Assembly (NCBI GenBank): GCA_951406725.2
Contig: OX597817.1
Location: 63,426,001 to 63,490,000 of the forward strand
Reading direction: 5' to 3'
Origin: Octopus vulgaris
Lineage: Eukaryota
Length of the DNA stretch: 64,000 nt
The translations under genes were made by a program, and so were the position numbers. Below are positions 42,195-54,831 of the stretch, piece after piece. Numbering within the stretch: the stretch's first letter is position 1; every line of letters starts with the position of its first letter. Under the pieces are notes generated by a model. It made no database searches, had not been told where the DNA came from, and was given only the letters and a program-made list of their open reading frames with translations.

Positions 42195-42457
42195 AAGTCT
42201 ACCTCGGCGGAATTTGAACTCAAAACGTAGAGACAGATGAAATACATATTTCTTTACTACCCACAAGGGGCTAAACACAGAGAGGACAAACAAGGACAGA
42301 CAAACGGATTAAGTCGATTATATCGACCTCAGTACGTAACTGGTACTTATTTAATCGACCCCGAAACGATGAAAGGCAAAGTCGACCTCGGCGGAATTTG
42401 CGGCAGAACGTAGCGGCAGACGAAATACCGCTTAGTATTTCGCCCGGCGTGCTAACG
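42195..42457 (-). mobile_element. SINE family B copy
   Basis: Reverse complement of the family B body. Confidence 0.85.
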
Positions 42458-42951
42458 CCCTATGGTAACAATATATTGATATATTGGGTTATATCTGGCT
42501 GTCTATGGATATATCTATACGCGGCCTTCATTGGCGTCTATGTGTGTATATATGTGTGAATATGTCTGTGTGTATATATATATGAATAACTGAAAGGTAC
42601 AGATATCAATCTATCAGGAGAAACACCTGTACATTTCTGTTATTCATTTATATTTCATTCACCTATCTTAGAATCAGCCCTTCGTAAATATAGACAGTAT
42701 ATTTAATATAAAGTACACGTCTGAATAGCTAAGAGCAGATGTTTTCACTCAGCTGGGTCTAACTGTCTACATACACTGCAATAATATTATTCGGCCAGTA
42801 CTTATGTACCAAGTTTGATATTTAATTAATGAATCTTAAATATATATATATATATAAGACAAAAAAGAGTGAAAAAACTACAGAAGCCTTGTGTTATATG
42901 GTTAAAGAATATACATCAAACCACGTGCTTTTCACATACCAACTCTCTCAC

Positions 42952-42983
<32 letters not shown>

Positions 42984-43224
42984 CACACACATACATACAT
43001 ACATACATATATATGTATTTATATATGTATGTATATAACTAAGCTTTTGTCGGTATGCATCAATATATATACTTACAAGAATCCAGGAATCCTTGTATGT
43101 GTATTCCATATATATGCATATATATGTATATGTATATATATATACATATATATTTCTCAGTGTGTGTATATGTATGTGTGCTCGCTTATATATATATTTA
43201 TCTTAGGACACGCAATCACATGCT

Positions 43225-43452
43225 GGTGTGTGTTTTCGTGTCGGTGTGTTTGTCCCCCACCGCCGCTTGACAACCGGTGTTGGTGTGTTTAAGTCCACGT
43301 AACATAGCGGTTTGGCAAAAAGACCAATAGAATAAGTACCAGGGTTACGAAAACTATGTACTGGGGTCAATTTATACGATACAAAAAAAAATTCAAGTCG
43401 ATGCCCCAATATGGCGACTGTCTAATGTCTGAAACAAGTAAACGATAAAAGA
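43225..43452 (+). mobile_element. SINE family A 3' half, diverged
   Basis: cttgacaaccggtgttggtgtgttt..agaataagtacc..gaaacaagtaaa. Confidence 0.7.
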
Positions 43453-43497
43453 TATTATTTGAAAACTAGAGCATCCCTTTTAAGCAAGTAGTTGACA

Positions 43498-43911
43498 GGC
43501 GCAGGAGTGGCTGTGTGGTAAGTAGCTTGCTTACCAACCACATGGTTCCGGGTTCAGTCCCACTGCGTGGCATCTTGGGCAAGTGTCTTCTGCTATAGCC
43601 TCAGGCCGACCAATGCCTTGTGAGTGGATTTGGTAGACGGAAACTGAAAGAAGCCTGTCGTATATATGTATATATATATGTATGTGTGTGTATGTTTGTG
43701 TGTCTGTGTTTGTTCCCCTAGCATTGCTTGACAACCGATGCTGGTGTGTTTACGTCCCGTAACTTAGCGTTTCGGCAAAAGAGACCGATATAATAAGTAC
43801 TAGGCTTACAAAGAATAAGTCCTGGGGTCGATTTGCTCGACTAAAGGCGGTGCTCCAGCATGGCCCCAGTCAAATGACTGAAACAAGTAAAAGAGTAAGA
43901 GAGTAAGAGAG
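43498..43911 (+). mobile_element. SINE family A, near full-length young copy
   Basis: GGCGCAGGAGTGGCTGTGTGG..GGTTCAGTCCC..internal (TA)(TG)..GGCGGTGCTCCAGCATGGCCCCAGTCAAATGACTGAAAC, (AAGAGAGT)-type tail. Confidence 0.9.
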
Positions 43912-44042
43912 CCCAAACACAGGCAAAAACAGAGAATTGCGAATAGCACTATTATCAAGAATTCTAAGGATAGTTTAACTGACCATGAGAAGGAATGAAA
44001 TCTAACATCTCTCTAACACATATTATGAGAACTAAAGGGAAT

Positions 44043-44080
<38 letters not shown>

Positions 44081-44170
44081 TTACACACACATGCACATAC
44101 ATACATACGTACATACATACATACATACATACATACATACATACATACATACATACATACATACATGTAT

Positions 44171-44350
44171 AGGGGAGAGTTCACGAAAAAACAAAAGACG
44201 AAGACAGGTGGTGCATAAAACAACCAGATGTTAGTATAACGCTCAGGAAATTGAAAAAGTCTTTTACGTTTCGAAAGGGACACAGAAAAAAACAAGGAGA
44301 GAAACAAGGAGAAAAAAAATGCGTGTAGTGGCTACCGATCTATCATGGCG
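44171..44350. repeat. Microsatellite-embedded repeat family fragment (second copy 48512-48680), HHR stem II deleted here
   Basis: gaagac.g.tg.g..aa..aacagatg..ttagt.taacgctc.ggaa.tga.aaagt.ttttacgtttcga shared with 48540-48615. Confidence 0.7.
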
Positions 44351-44389
44351 ACTACATATTCATATTAGCATATATGTTTACGTACATTG

Positions 44390-44555
44390 GCGGTATTTTG
44401 GCAGTATCGTTAGCATACAGAGCAAAATGCTTTGTGGCATTTTGTCTATCATTACGTTCTGAGTTCAATTCCACAGAGGTCGACTTTGCCATTCCTCCTT
44501 TTGAGGTCGACCAAATAATTACCGAAATTACTAGCCTAGTACCAAAATGTGAAAC
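44390..44555 (+). mobile_element. SINE family B, diverged copy
   Basis: ttacgttctgagttcaattccacagaggtcgactttgcc. Confidence 0.7.
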
Positions 44556-45045
44556 CTATATATATATATATATATATACACGTTAAAAAAATTGCATGTT
44601 CACAAATTAATGTATGTAAAGAAAGCTTTCTATTTGCATTAATTTGTGAATATACACTTGCAGTGTATAATACTGAGAATATATAATGCAAACATGTATA
44701 CATAATTTCTTCAATAATGAAGAAGGTTGCGAAACGGCCGTAACCTATGGAAGTAATGTGGCTAACTAACTAAATATATATTTCATTTCTCATACCTGCT
44801 GATTTCCTCAATCCCATCTTCTGGATTTTCAGTTGTATGGGGACTTTAAAATACAATCCTTTGTAATTGGTTACAATGTGGACTGATAGACGAGTTCGTA
44901 AAACAAGCTTTCTCTGAAAGTCACACGATTTTCTAAATCCTCTGAATCCACATCTTATTTTTCTCATACACACACATATGTGTGTGAGTGCGTGCGCATG
45001 TGCATGTGTGTGTATCTGTATGTTTGTGTTTGTGCGTATATGTAT

Positions 45046-45161
<116 letters not shown>

Positions 45162-45723
45162 GCATGCGTACATATATAAACCTATACATATATACGTACA
45201 TTCATACATAAATACGTACATAAATACATTATAATATTATCAATCTATCAGGACAGGTTATTATCGGATTCCAATCAGCTGAAGAAACAGTAACAAGCAA
45301 AAAAGAAAACAAAGAACGACAAAAATCATATGGTTATCATAAAGCGGTTCCAAGAAGAACCGTGGATCTGTGTATGCTATTGCTATTATAGTTTATCACA
45401 TTAAGTTGTAATGACGTCAGTTACTTTTAGCACATTTGTCTCACGCACAAAAAGATTATACATAATGCTATTACTATTTAACTTTGCAGTAGCAACGCTT
45501 TTATGACGTCATCTGCTCTCACGCTATTTTTCATATGATAAATAGGTTTATGACTGCCATCACAGTATCCTCTTTATTTGCGTAAAGATATCACACCAAA
45601 AGTAGCAAACATTATTTTCTCGAGAATTAGATACTTACCCCTCACACTGTACTTTTATATATGTCTATGCGTCTCTATAGCCTTATATTTGAGTTTTTAC
45701 ATGTATGCAGTTGTCTAAATTAT

Positions 45724-46128
45724 TACTCTTTTCTCTTTTACTCTTTTACTCTTTTACATGTTTCAGTCATATTACTGCGGCCATGCTGGAGCACCGCCTT
45801 TAGTCGAGCAAATCAACCCCGGGACTTATTCTTTGTAAGCCCACTACTTATTCTATCGGTCTCTTTTGCCGAACCGCTAAGTTACGGGGACGTAAACACA
45901 CCAGCATCGGTTGTTAAGCGATGTTGGGGGGACAAACACAGACACACAAACACATACACACACATACATATATATATACATATATACGACAGACTTCTTT
46001 CAGTTTCCGTCTACCAAATCCACTCACAAGGCATTGGTCGGCACGGGGCTATAGCAGAAGACACTTACCCAAGATGCCACGCAGTGGGATTGAACCAGGA
46101 ACCATGTGGTTGGTAAGCAAGCTACTTA
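45724..46128 (-). mobile_element. SINE family A copy
   Basis: Reverse complement of 43520-43900. Confidence 0.88.
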
Positions 46129-46700
46129 ATTCACATTGATGGAAACAGGAAAAATAGAACTCAAAATATGAGTCTATGTATATTTTTACTAATATATAGC
46201 ACCTGAAACAAATAATTTCTAACATTCTGAAGCAGTTTTACACCGCGGTCGAGAAACACTTTCTTAAGTCTAGTAAATACAATAAAATATTTAATACGCA
46301 CAATGTTTGGCTCGATTTTCCACTAGCCGGAACCTAGCGCAGATCATAGCTGTATACAACGCAAGAAGACTAACTTACTTCTGAAGGACCAATGAAAATA
46401 GTAGACTAGACAAGAAAAATGGCCCCATTAACGAGAATGTTGATAATAGTATACCGAGTGACAGGACAGGAATAGTTAATAACAGAAGAGACTCGAACAT
46501 TAATACCAACATAACACACATTGTATTAAGGGGTGGTAATGCAGTAATGGCCAGCAGTCAACAGAAGACAACTTCAACACAAGCCTATACCTCCACATGT
46601 CAGGGTGCTGAAATCGCTAAAAGTAGCTGCCCACAAACGCCTATATGGATAGAAAGCCGTAATCTGGAACATATTCGCCCGGACAATATATCCCTCTAAA

Positions 46701-46758
<58 letters not shown>

Positions 46759-47260
46759 AACGCAAAACATCCGGACAACTAGGTGATACAAAAAGGGACA
46801 ACAAAACATCCAGATAGACGATACAAAAAAACAAAAAAAACAAGCACGGGTCATTCAAAGACTTTTATATTCAGTCAAGAACCGGATCATCCTCGCAATT
46901 TCGGCTGATTAATCTTGAGATTGCTCCATTCTGCCCAGCCCCAAGGAAAAACTAAGCTAAGAGCATTAGATTCCTTGGAAAAAAGTATCGAATGTATATG
47001 AAAACAAGGACGGAAAAACAGACGATGTTACACGAATATAAATACAAAAATGCAATAATAATAACAGGACATAACAACAAGCGTCTTTCGACTCTGGACG
47101 AATTGAATTAAGCCGGCGTGTGTGGAAATGAAGTTTTACGGCAGAGGGAAGAATATTGATGTGGCAGTGACCGTGGTCAGACGCAAAAGGGCTAGCAGTT
47201 GCCAATCGGTTACGTGAGAAGAGAAGAGAGAGAAAAACAGGAACAAAGGAATAAGGAGGG

Positions 47261-47309
<49 letters not shown>

Positions 47310-47692
47310 TGTGTAGATGTTGATAGATGGAAGAATCAAGGAGTGACGAGAAAAAAAGAGAGACGAGGACATAGTGAGGTGAAAAGTGAGTAAGAAAGGC
47401 AAAGAAATGTGAGAGAGGGGGGGGGAGAAAGAGCCGAAAAAGTCATACAAAATTTAGTGAAATGTGTACTTACATATAAGAGAACAAAGTGTACATGCGC
47501 CGTTGTTCTCTTATATATATAGGGTTCCGAAGGTAATCATTTATATGTATTTCAAGGCTTCCTGATATAAACATAATTTTCATTCTAATATGTTCGAGGA
47601 AGCTATATGATGCTGCACAGAACATAGATAGAGAAAATAGAGACAAAAGACCAAGCGTATCACAATTAGTCGGTCACTGCATGTATGTATGC

Positions 47693-47725
<33 letters not shown>

Positions 47726-47772
47726 TGTATGTATGTATGTATGTATGTATGTATGTATTATGTATGTATGTA

Positions 47773-48178
47773 CGTACGAGATATGATCAATAAGTATCTG
47801 GTCTGTTGCCATAGTAACAAAGCTAAAGCACGCAGAGTGAAGCCGCTTGGCAAAAGTTGACCTTGAACACTGCTGTTTTAACGTTCTAGCTCACTGCCGT
47901 TGTTTACAGCAGTGCTTGGAATGAACGCGTGGAGCGTGTGATCATTGCATTGACCATGACAGAGAAAGTTTTCATGGCGATACTTGCTCAAAGGTCTGTA
48001 GAAAGCTGCAGAAAGTGTATGGGGAGGAGTGTATGAGCCGCACACAAGTGTACGAGTGGTTCAGAAGTTTCCAAGATAGCCGAAAAAATTTCGATATTGA
48101 CAACCATTCTGGGAGACCCGCAACCAGCAGAAATGAGAAAAAAAACGCAGATGTGCGTGCAGCTGTGAGGGGAAATAT
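47773..48178 (+). mobile_element. Mariner 5' fragment (TIR plus N-terminal HTH coding), truncated by a palindrome
   Basis: tacgagatatgatcaataagtatc TIR-like start; LQKVYGEECMSRTQVYEWFRSFQDSRKNFDIDNHSGRPATS. Confidence 0.8.
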
Positions 48179-48291
48179 GTCACATGTTTTTTAGAAATCA
48201 TATATCAGCGCTTGCATCTACTCTAGTAGACTCTTCAGATTCTACTAGAGTAGATGCAAGCGCTAATATATGCTTTATAAAAACATGTGAC
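48179..48291. repeat. Fold-back palindrome (~52-bp arms) centred on a decayed hammerhead core
   Basis: gtcacatgttttt..agcgcttgcatctactctagtaga-ctcttcagat-tctactagagtagatgcaagcgct..aaaaacatgtgac; minus strand AT-CTGAAGA-GTCTAC-taga-GTAGAT-GCA-AGCGCT-G-AT. Confidence 0.85.
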
Positions 48292-48305
48292 ATATTAATA
48301 AAACA

Positions 48306-48364
<59 letters not shown>

Positions 48365-48602
48365 CGCGCGCGCAGCACACACAGATATTTGCATGTATAT
48401 ATATGTGTATCTGTATATGTACGGTTGTATGCGTTTGAGAGTATATGCTTAGATACATATACAAATGCATGCAGACATACGTATAAGCATATAAACATAT
48501 ATGAGCGTATATAGAGAGAATTTACAAAAAAAAAAAAGATGAAGACTGATGTGTAAACAACAAACAGATGTATTAGTTTAACGCTCGGGAAGTGAGAAAG
48601 TT

Positions 48603-48636
48603 TTTTACGTTTCGAGCCTATGCTCTTCGACAGAAA
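48603..48636 (-). ncRNA. Hammerhead-like motif with CUGUCGA core
   Basis: Minus strand TTT-CTGTCGA-A-GAGC-atag-GCTC-GAA-ACGT-A-AAA. Confidence 0.45.
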
Positions 48637-48777
48637 GGAACACAGAAATAAACAGCGAGAGAAAATAGAAAAATAGAGCATATATATATATATATATAGG
48701 TATAAATTTGTATACATATATACGTGCATACATACATACATACATATATGTTTGTGTATATATATATATATATATAC

Positions 48778-48824
<47 letters not shown>

Positions 48825-48977
48825 AATTAAGGACTGAACACGAAAAGTGGACAGTCAACATGCTAGATATAGACGTCAAATCGCCATTCACCACAAAAGA
48901 TTATGTTCTCAGATCAAACTCAACACTTTTCGTGTTCATAATAAACAAGTGAAAAATATACGAAATAAAATAATTAC

Positions 48978-49041
48978 CCATGTACTAATTAGTTTCAGCT
49001 GTTATTTTCCGCAAGGAAAACTGCAGCCATCATCAGCATGG
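48978..49041 (-). ncRNA. Canonical type I hammerhead ribozyme (copy 1)
   Basis: Reverse complement of 49878-49941. Confidence 0.8.
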
Positions 49042-49877
49042 TCCGTTATAAATGTAATTTGCTGGACTAGATGCAAACACGATACCGAAATATCGCGTGC
49101 ATGGAGTTCAGCCTATTACATTTGAATATATCTTTCAAATGCCTTTACTTTGGCGCGTTGAAATCCGAGAAAACTAGCCTGCAACTAATAATTAGCAGCA
49201 GTCAATTTATCGGTTAGAGAACATATTTATTTATATAAAATTAATTAAGGGTAGAAATTGATATTTATCAATTAAGACCAGTGGTCTAGCATATTAAAAA
49301 AGAATCCGAAGATTAAAATATTTATATATACCAATTAAGGACTGAACACGAAAAGTGGACAGTCAACATGCTAGATATAGACCCAAATCGCCATTCACCA
49401 CAAAAGATTATGTTCTCAGATCAAACTCAACACTTTTCGTGTTAGACCACTGGTCTTAATTGATAAAATCGCCTATTAATTTTATAAATAAATATTCTAA
49501 CCGATAAATTGACTAATTAAGCTAGATTATGATATATTCAAATAATCAGATCAAACTCAACACATTTTCGTGTTCAGTCCTTAATTGGTATATATAAATA
49601 TTTTAATCTTCGGATTCTTTTTTAATATGCTAGACCACTGGTCTTAATTGATAAATATCAATTTCTACCCTTAATTAATTTTATATAAATAAATATGTTC
49701 TCTAACCGATAAATTGACTGCTGCTAATTATTAGCTGCAGGCTAGTTTTCTCGGGTTTCAACGCGCCAAAGTAAAGGCATTTGAAAGATATATTCAAATG
49801 TAATAGGCTGAACTCCATGCACGCGATATTTCGGTATCGTGTTTGCATCTAGTCCAGCAAATTACATTTATAACGGA

Positions 49878-49941
49878 CCATGCTGATGATGGCTGCAGTT
49901 TTCCTTGCGGAAAATAACAGCTGAAACTAATTAGTACATGG
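49878..49941 (+). ncRNA. Canonical type I hammerhead ribozyme (copy 2); predicted cleavage after A49936
   Basis: CCATG-CTGATGA-T-GGCTG-cag-TTTTCC-ttgc-GGAAAA-taa-CAGCT-GAA-ACTAATTAGT-A-CATGG: stem I CCATG/CATGG, intact core, stem II, palindromic stem III, GUA triplet. Confidence 0.82.
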
Positions 49942-50209
49942 GTAATTATTTTATTTCGTATATTTTTCACTTGTTTATTGCTATGGTTTTGTGTTGAGTT
50001 TGATCTGAGAACATAATCTTTTGTGGTGAATGGCGATTTGACGTCTATATCTAGCATGTTGACTGTCCACTTTTCGTGTTCAGTCCTTAATTGGTATATA
50101 TAAATATTTTAATCTTCGGATTCTTTTTTAATATGCTAGACCACTGGTCTTAATTGATAAATATCAATTTCTACCCTTAATTAATTTATATATATATATA
50201 TATATATCA

Positions 50210-50486
50210 CCATGATCACCGGTGATGCTGTTGCACATCGCTGGTCACAATGCGCTTTGCATTGTTTTAGCCTTCAAGTGACGCCACCTCGCTGCCTAAG
50301 CGAGCAGGCCAACAGAAGAAAGAGTGAGAGAAAGTTGTGGCGAAAGAGTAGAGCAGGGATCGCCACCACTCCTGCCGGAGCATCGTGGAGCTTACGGTGT
50401 TTACGCTCAATAAACACTCACAACGCCAGGTCTGGGAATCGAAACCACGAGTCCGCTGCCCTAATCACTGGGCCATTGCGTCTCCA
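50210..50486 (-). mobile_element. SINE family C copy
   Basis: Minus strand ggagacgcaatggcccagtgattagggcagcggactcgtggtttcgattcccagacc. Confidence 0.8.
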
Positions 50487-50496
50487 TATATATATA

Positions 50497-50910
50497 GGCG
50501 CAGGAGTGGCTGTGTGGTAAGTACATGGTTCTGGGTTCAGTCCCACTGCATGGCACCTTGGGCAAGTGTCTTCTACTATAGCCCCGGGCCGACCAAAGCC
50601 TTGTGAGTGGATTTGGTAGACGGAAACTAAAAGAAGCCCGTCGTATATATGTATATATATATATATATTTATGTGTGTGTGTGTGCATGTATGTATGTCT
50701 GTGTTTGTCCCCCCAACATCGCTTAACAACCGATGCTGGTGTGTTTATGTCCCCGTAACTTAGCGGTTCGGCAAAAGAGACCGATAGAATAAGTACTGGG
50801 CTTACAAAGAATAAGTCCCGGGGTCGAGTTGCTCGATTAAAGGCGGTGCTCCAGCATGGCCGCAGTCAAATGACTGAAACAAGTAAAAGAGTAAAAGAGT
50901 AAAAGAGTAA
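50497..50910 (+). mobile_element. SINE family A copy
   Basis: Head, internal microsatellite, tail ending (TAAAAGAG)3. Confidence 0.9.
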
Positions 50911-51233
50911 TATATATGTGTGTGTGTGTGTGTATTTCTCGTTTTACACTTTGTTCTTGTAATTTACACTGGAATAACAGGATATGAGATTGTGAAAATC
51001 TCTACTTTCTGTTGTCTACTTATCAAAAGAGAGTTTTGTTCTTTTGAAACAACGACTGTTCAATAAGTCATACTTCTGGAATATATATTCATTTAACAAT
51101 ACCATAGTAAATAAAGAACCGTTTTCTTTTCTATTCTCGTTTGAGTATGTTTTCAGACAGGACTCTCCATCAAGAATAAACTGAATTAATATATATACAT
51201 ATATTGACGTAGGAAAAAGGAATTATATATATG

Positions 51234-51277
<44 letters not shown>

Positions 51278-51516
51278 CGTGTGCGTGTGGATATGTATAT
51301 ATATATACATATATATGTGTGTGTGTATGTGTATGTATATATATATATGTGTGTGTGTGTGTATATATGTAAATATATATATATATATACATATACTGCT
51401 GTTTACATAGGTAGACTAACATATATGTATGCATTATAAAAATGTGTTACTGTTTGTGTATATGTGTGTTGTTGCAGTTTTTATGTTTGTGCGTGTTTAT
51501 GTGTGCGTGTATGTGT

Positions 51517-51585
<69 letters not shown>

Positions 51586-53700
51586 CGTGCGTGCTGCATT
51601 TCTTTTCTTGAAAAATTAAAGGAAATGAAGTGGCGCTTTTGTTTCGTTTCAGTTCCAGTTTGTTTTTCATGTGTTATCAATTTCAACAGGTCCTACCCAT
51701 GCACACAAATATTTATATCGCTTTTGTACGATATCTTCTACTGGAATCTAAAGTTTTCTATTGAAGTTGGAATCCACCGTCGTCTCTGTTTATTTGATTG
51801 CGATTTATTTGTTTATTTTTCTATTTTATTTGTTTTGAGAAATTTCTTGTTTGGTATAGTAATTCATTATTTTCATTGAGTAGGTAGAGAAATCCTCAAT
51901 GGGTGTTTGCTTTTTACATATACCATAATGCATATGAAACCATTCATTCTTCCATTCAATCATCCATCCATCTACAATTCCTCCTAGCGATTCATTTACA
52001 TATATGTGTGCGTGTGTGTGTGTGTGTGGTCTATCATATACGTGATATGTGTGTGATGTATGTGCACGATTGTATTGCTTTTCTTCTTCCTCAGTGCCTC
52101 GAATCTCTTTTTCTTTCTATCGCTTCCTCCCACGCAATTCTCTCGTCGGTTGTCTATCATTTACTGCAAGAAATCATTTACAATATATTGTAGCACAAAA
52201 TTGACAAATCGCGTGGTCTGGTCGTATTGGCTAGGCAGTTGCCTACTCGTTCATTAGCGCGTGGGTTCGATTTAAGATCCGGGAAGTACGATGCCTTTCA
52301 CCAAAGCACTTTACTTCATGTTGCTTCATTTCACTCAGCTAGTATAAATGAACACCAAAACTGTGGGACGACTGGGCCAGCGTTACGTTACTAACCTATA
52401 GTGGCAGCATCTGCCAGTCAGAGGTACGATTAAAAAGATCTCAATTATGAGGATAGTTCAACAGTGAACGATCTTACTTTTTTAACCTTTACACTTTCAA
52501 TAAACAACACGAATGAACCCTTTAGCATTTAAATCGGCTAAATCTAAATGTTTTGTGTTAAAATTAGCTAGAATTGGCCTCCCACATATACCCTACAATG
52601 TCATTCTAAAAATAAACATTTACATAATCAAACTCTTGAAGCTATGTGATAATACATGATTACTTCAAAACAATGTGAACATGCCCTAAATGTGACAAAT
52701 ACATTTGTATGCTAAAAAGTTAAAACTGCGCAGAAAAGTATTTGTTGATGACACTACCATCCTAGATAGTGTTAAACCTGAATTTCAATCTACTCATGTG
52801 TTTTATTTACCCCGTTATTCAGATGGGCTCCTATACTTGCAGTTATCTATAATAAAGTCTATGTACGCAGTTATCCATAAGAATTTCTATAGAGCCGTGT
52901 CTCTATACGCCACTCACTATAAGCAATATCTGTATACCCTGCTTTATGGGAGTGTATAAATTGATAGATTTTTGTTGTAATATCTGTGTACGCAGTTCAC
53001 TAATGTATTATAGTTTCTTTAGACTCAGTTCTCTGCTGAAGTTTCTGTAGTCTCAGCTCAAGTGTTTTTGTTAGTCATAAATGGTATATGAAAATAGATT
53101 CTTTTTAAAGCTTGTTTTGTTTTCTTTTCTTAAATTTATTCAGTATTTCATTGATGAAACTCAGTTCAAAAAGAGCAACGGTCACCAAATTAAAACTGAA
53201 CCGGCGAGAAATTGTGTGTGACCTCAAGAATAAAACGTTATTTTGTGGAAAATCAGTTGCCCTTTGGGTACAAATGGGGTCTGAGAAGTACAGAAGAAAG
53301 ACAATATCTGTTGACCATTGATAAATCCAGTACCCATGATGTTCTTTGAGCTTCATGCCTATCATTATTGAAGTAATAGGATATTACCAACCTGCTTGGT
53401 GCCAAGTATGGCTGAACTTGAATTCTTGGGAAGAGAATACGACGTACTAATTTATGCACTACAAATAATCAAGATATCTAGAGAGCAATATAAATCTGCA
53501 AGATAATCTTAAAATTTAAAGGATATTAAAATATGATGCTTTCCTTCAAATCTTGATATCAAGCAGGTGGCCGGTCAAAATGGAATCATTCGGTCATTCG
53601 GAAGACAAAACAATGCAAAGCACCTTGTGACTAGTGGTGTATAACAATATCCGATAGTCTAGTCGATATATTGATACACACACATACATACGCGCACGCA

Positions 53701-53750
<50 letters not shown>

Positions 53751-54274
53751 CACACACATACATACACGTATACACATATACATACACGTACACTCATATT
53801 CATATATACAAAGAGAAAGGGAGAGAGAAAGTGATTTATGATAAAGAAATTGTATTCATAATTTTGTAAATATATAAAGAAAAATACAGCAGGAGAAATT
53901 ATTTATGACATGCTATAAAGATCCCAAGTTATTTTTAATTATTAACTCACAAAGTATGAGCCTTCGTCTTCGGAAAAGTGGGTTTATATATGAGTGTATG
54001 TGCCAATGCATGTATGTGTTTTTGTTACAAGTATATATTATCTGTGTGTCTGTGTTGTATGTGTCGTGTGTATCTCTCCACATGTAGGTGGATGTGCGCC
54101 TCCCTCTTGCTGCCTGCTGTTATTGTGTACCGTGCATCAATGTAAATGACTTGTTGATTAATAAATAAATGAATTGTAAAATATCTTCTGTTTTTAGGCT
54201 ACAAGAACATATATTGTCGAAAATTAAATGTTGCCCCTTATTTTTATTTTCTGAAAGAAAGAAATTGTTAAAAA

Positions 54275-54666
54275 GGCGGCGAGCTGGCAGAAATGTTAGC
54301 ACGCCGGGCGAAATGCTTAGCTGTATTTCGTCTGTCTTCAGGTTCTGAGTTTAAATTCCGCCGAGGTCGACTTTGCCTTTCATCCTTTCGGGGTCGATAA
54401 ATTAAGTACCAGTTACGCACTGGGGTCGATGTAATCGACTTAATCCGTGTGTCTGTCCTTGTTTGTCCTCTCTGTGTTTAGTCTCTTGTGGGTAGTAAAG
54501 AAATAGGTATTTCGTCTGCTGCTACGTTCTGAGTTCAAATTCCACCGAGGTCGACTTTACCTTTAATCATTTCAGGATCAATAAATTAATTACCACTTGT
54601 GTACTGGAGTCGAGCTAATCAACTAGATCCCTCCCTCGAATTTCGAGCCTTGTACCTAGAGTAGAA
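54275..54666 (+). mobile_element. SINE family B, near full-length, with internal head duplication
   Basis: ggcggcgagctggcagaaatgttagcacgccgggcgaaatgcttag...; second gtatttcgtctg..gttctgagttcaaattcc at ~54507. Confidence 0.88.
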
Positions 54667-54831
54667 AATAATATACATAGATTTTATAATATACAAAATA
54701 CCAGAATAAATCACACAGGCTATGGCATTCTCCTTCGAAAGATGTCGTCCCATGCAAAATGTCAGCCAGCGAGATTCAAACCGAAGCCCACAACATGGAA
54801 TATAAATGCATTCACTTGTATATTATTTTAA

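Larger units (their letters stand above)
48823..50188. mobile_element. Non-coding ~507-nt tandem/circularly permuted repeat in inverted arrangement, HHR-bearing (Penelope pseudo-LTR or retrozyme-like), inside (TA)n
   Basis: ccaattaaggactgaacacg at 48823 and 49331 (period 508); inverted ttttcgtgttcagtccttaattgg at 49565 and 50071 (period 506); (TA)n on both sides. Confidence 0.85.

Noticed and set aside
46895-46950. Minus-strand ggctg...cagcc-gaaa hairpin resembling HHR stem II
   Set aside because: No CUGANGA-like core or NUH triplet can be placed in this copy.
48847-49125. 92-aa ORF and its inverted 87-aa twin at 49794-50057
   Set aside because: Antisense to the hammerhead, no recognisable motif, and the N-termini differ by a frameshift between copies; treated as incidental.
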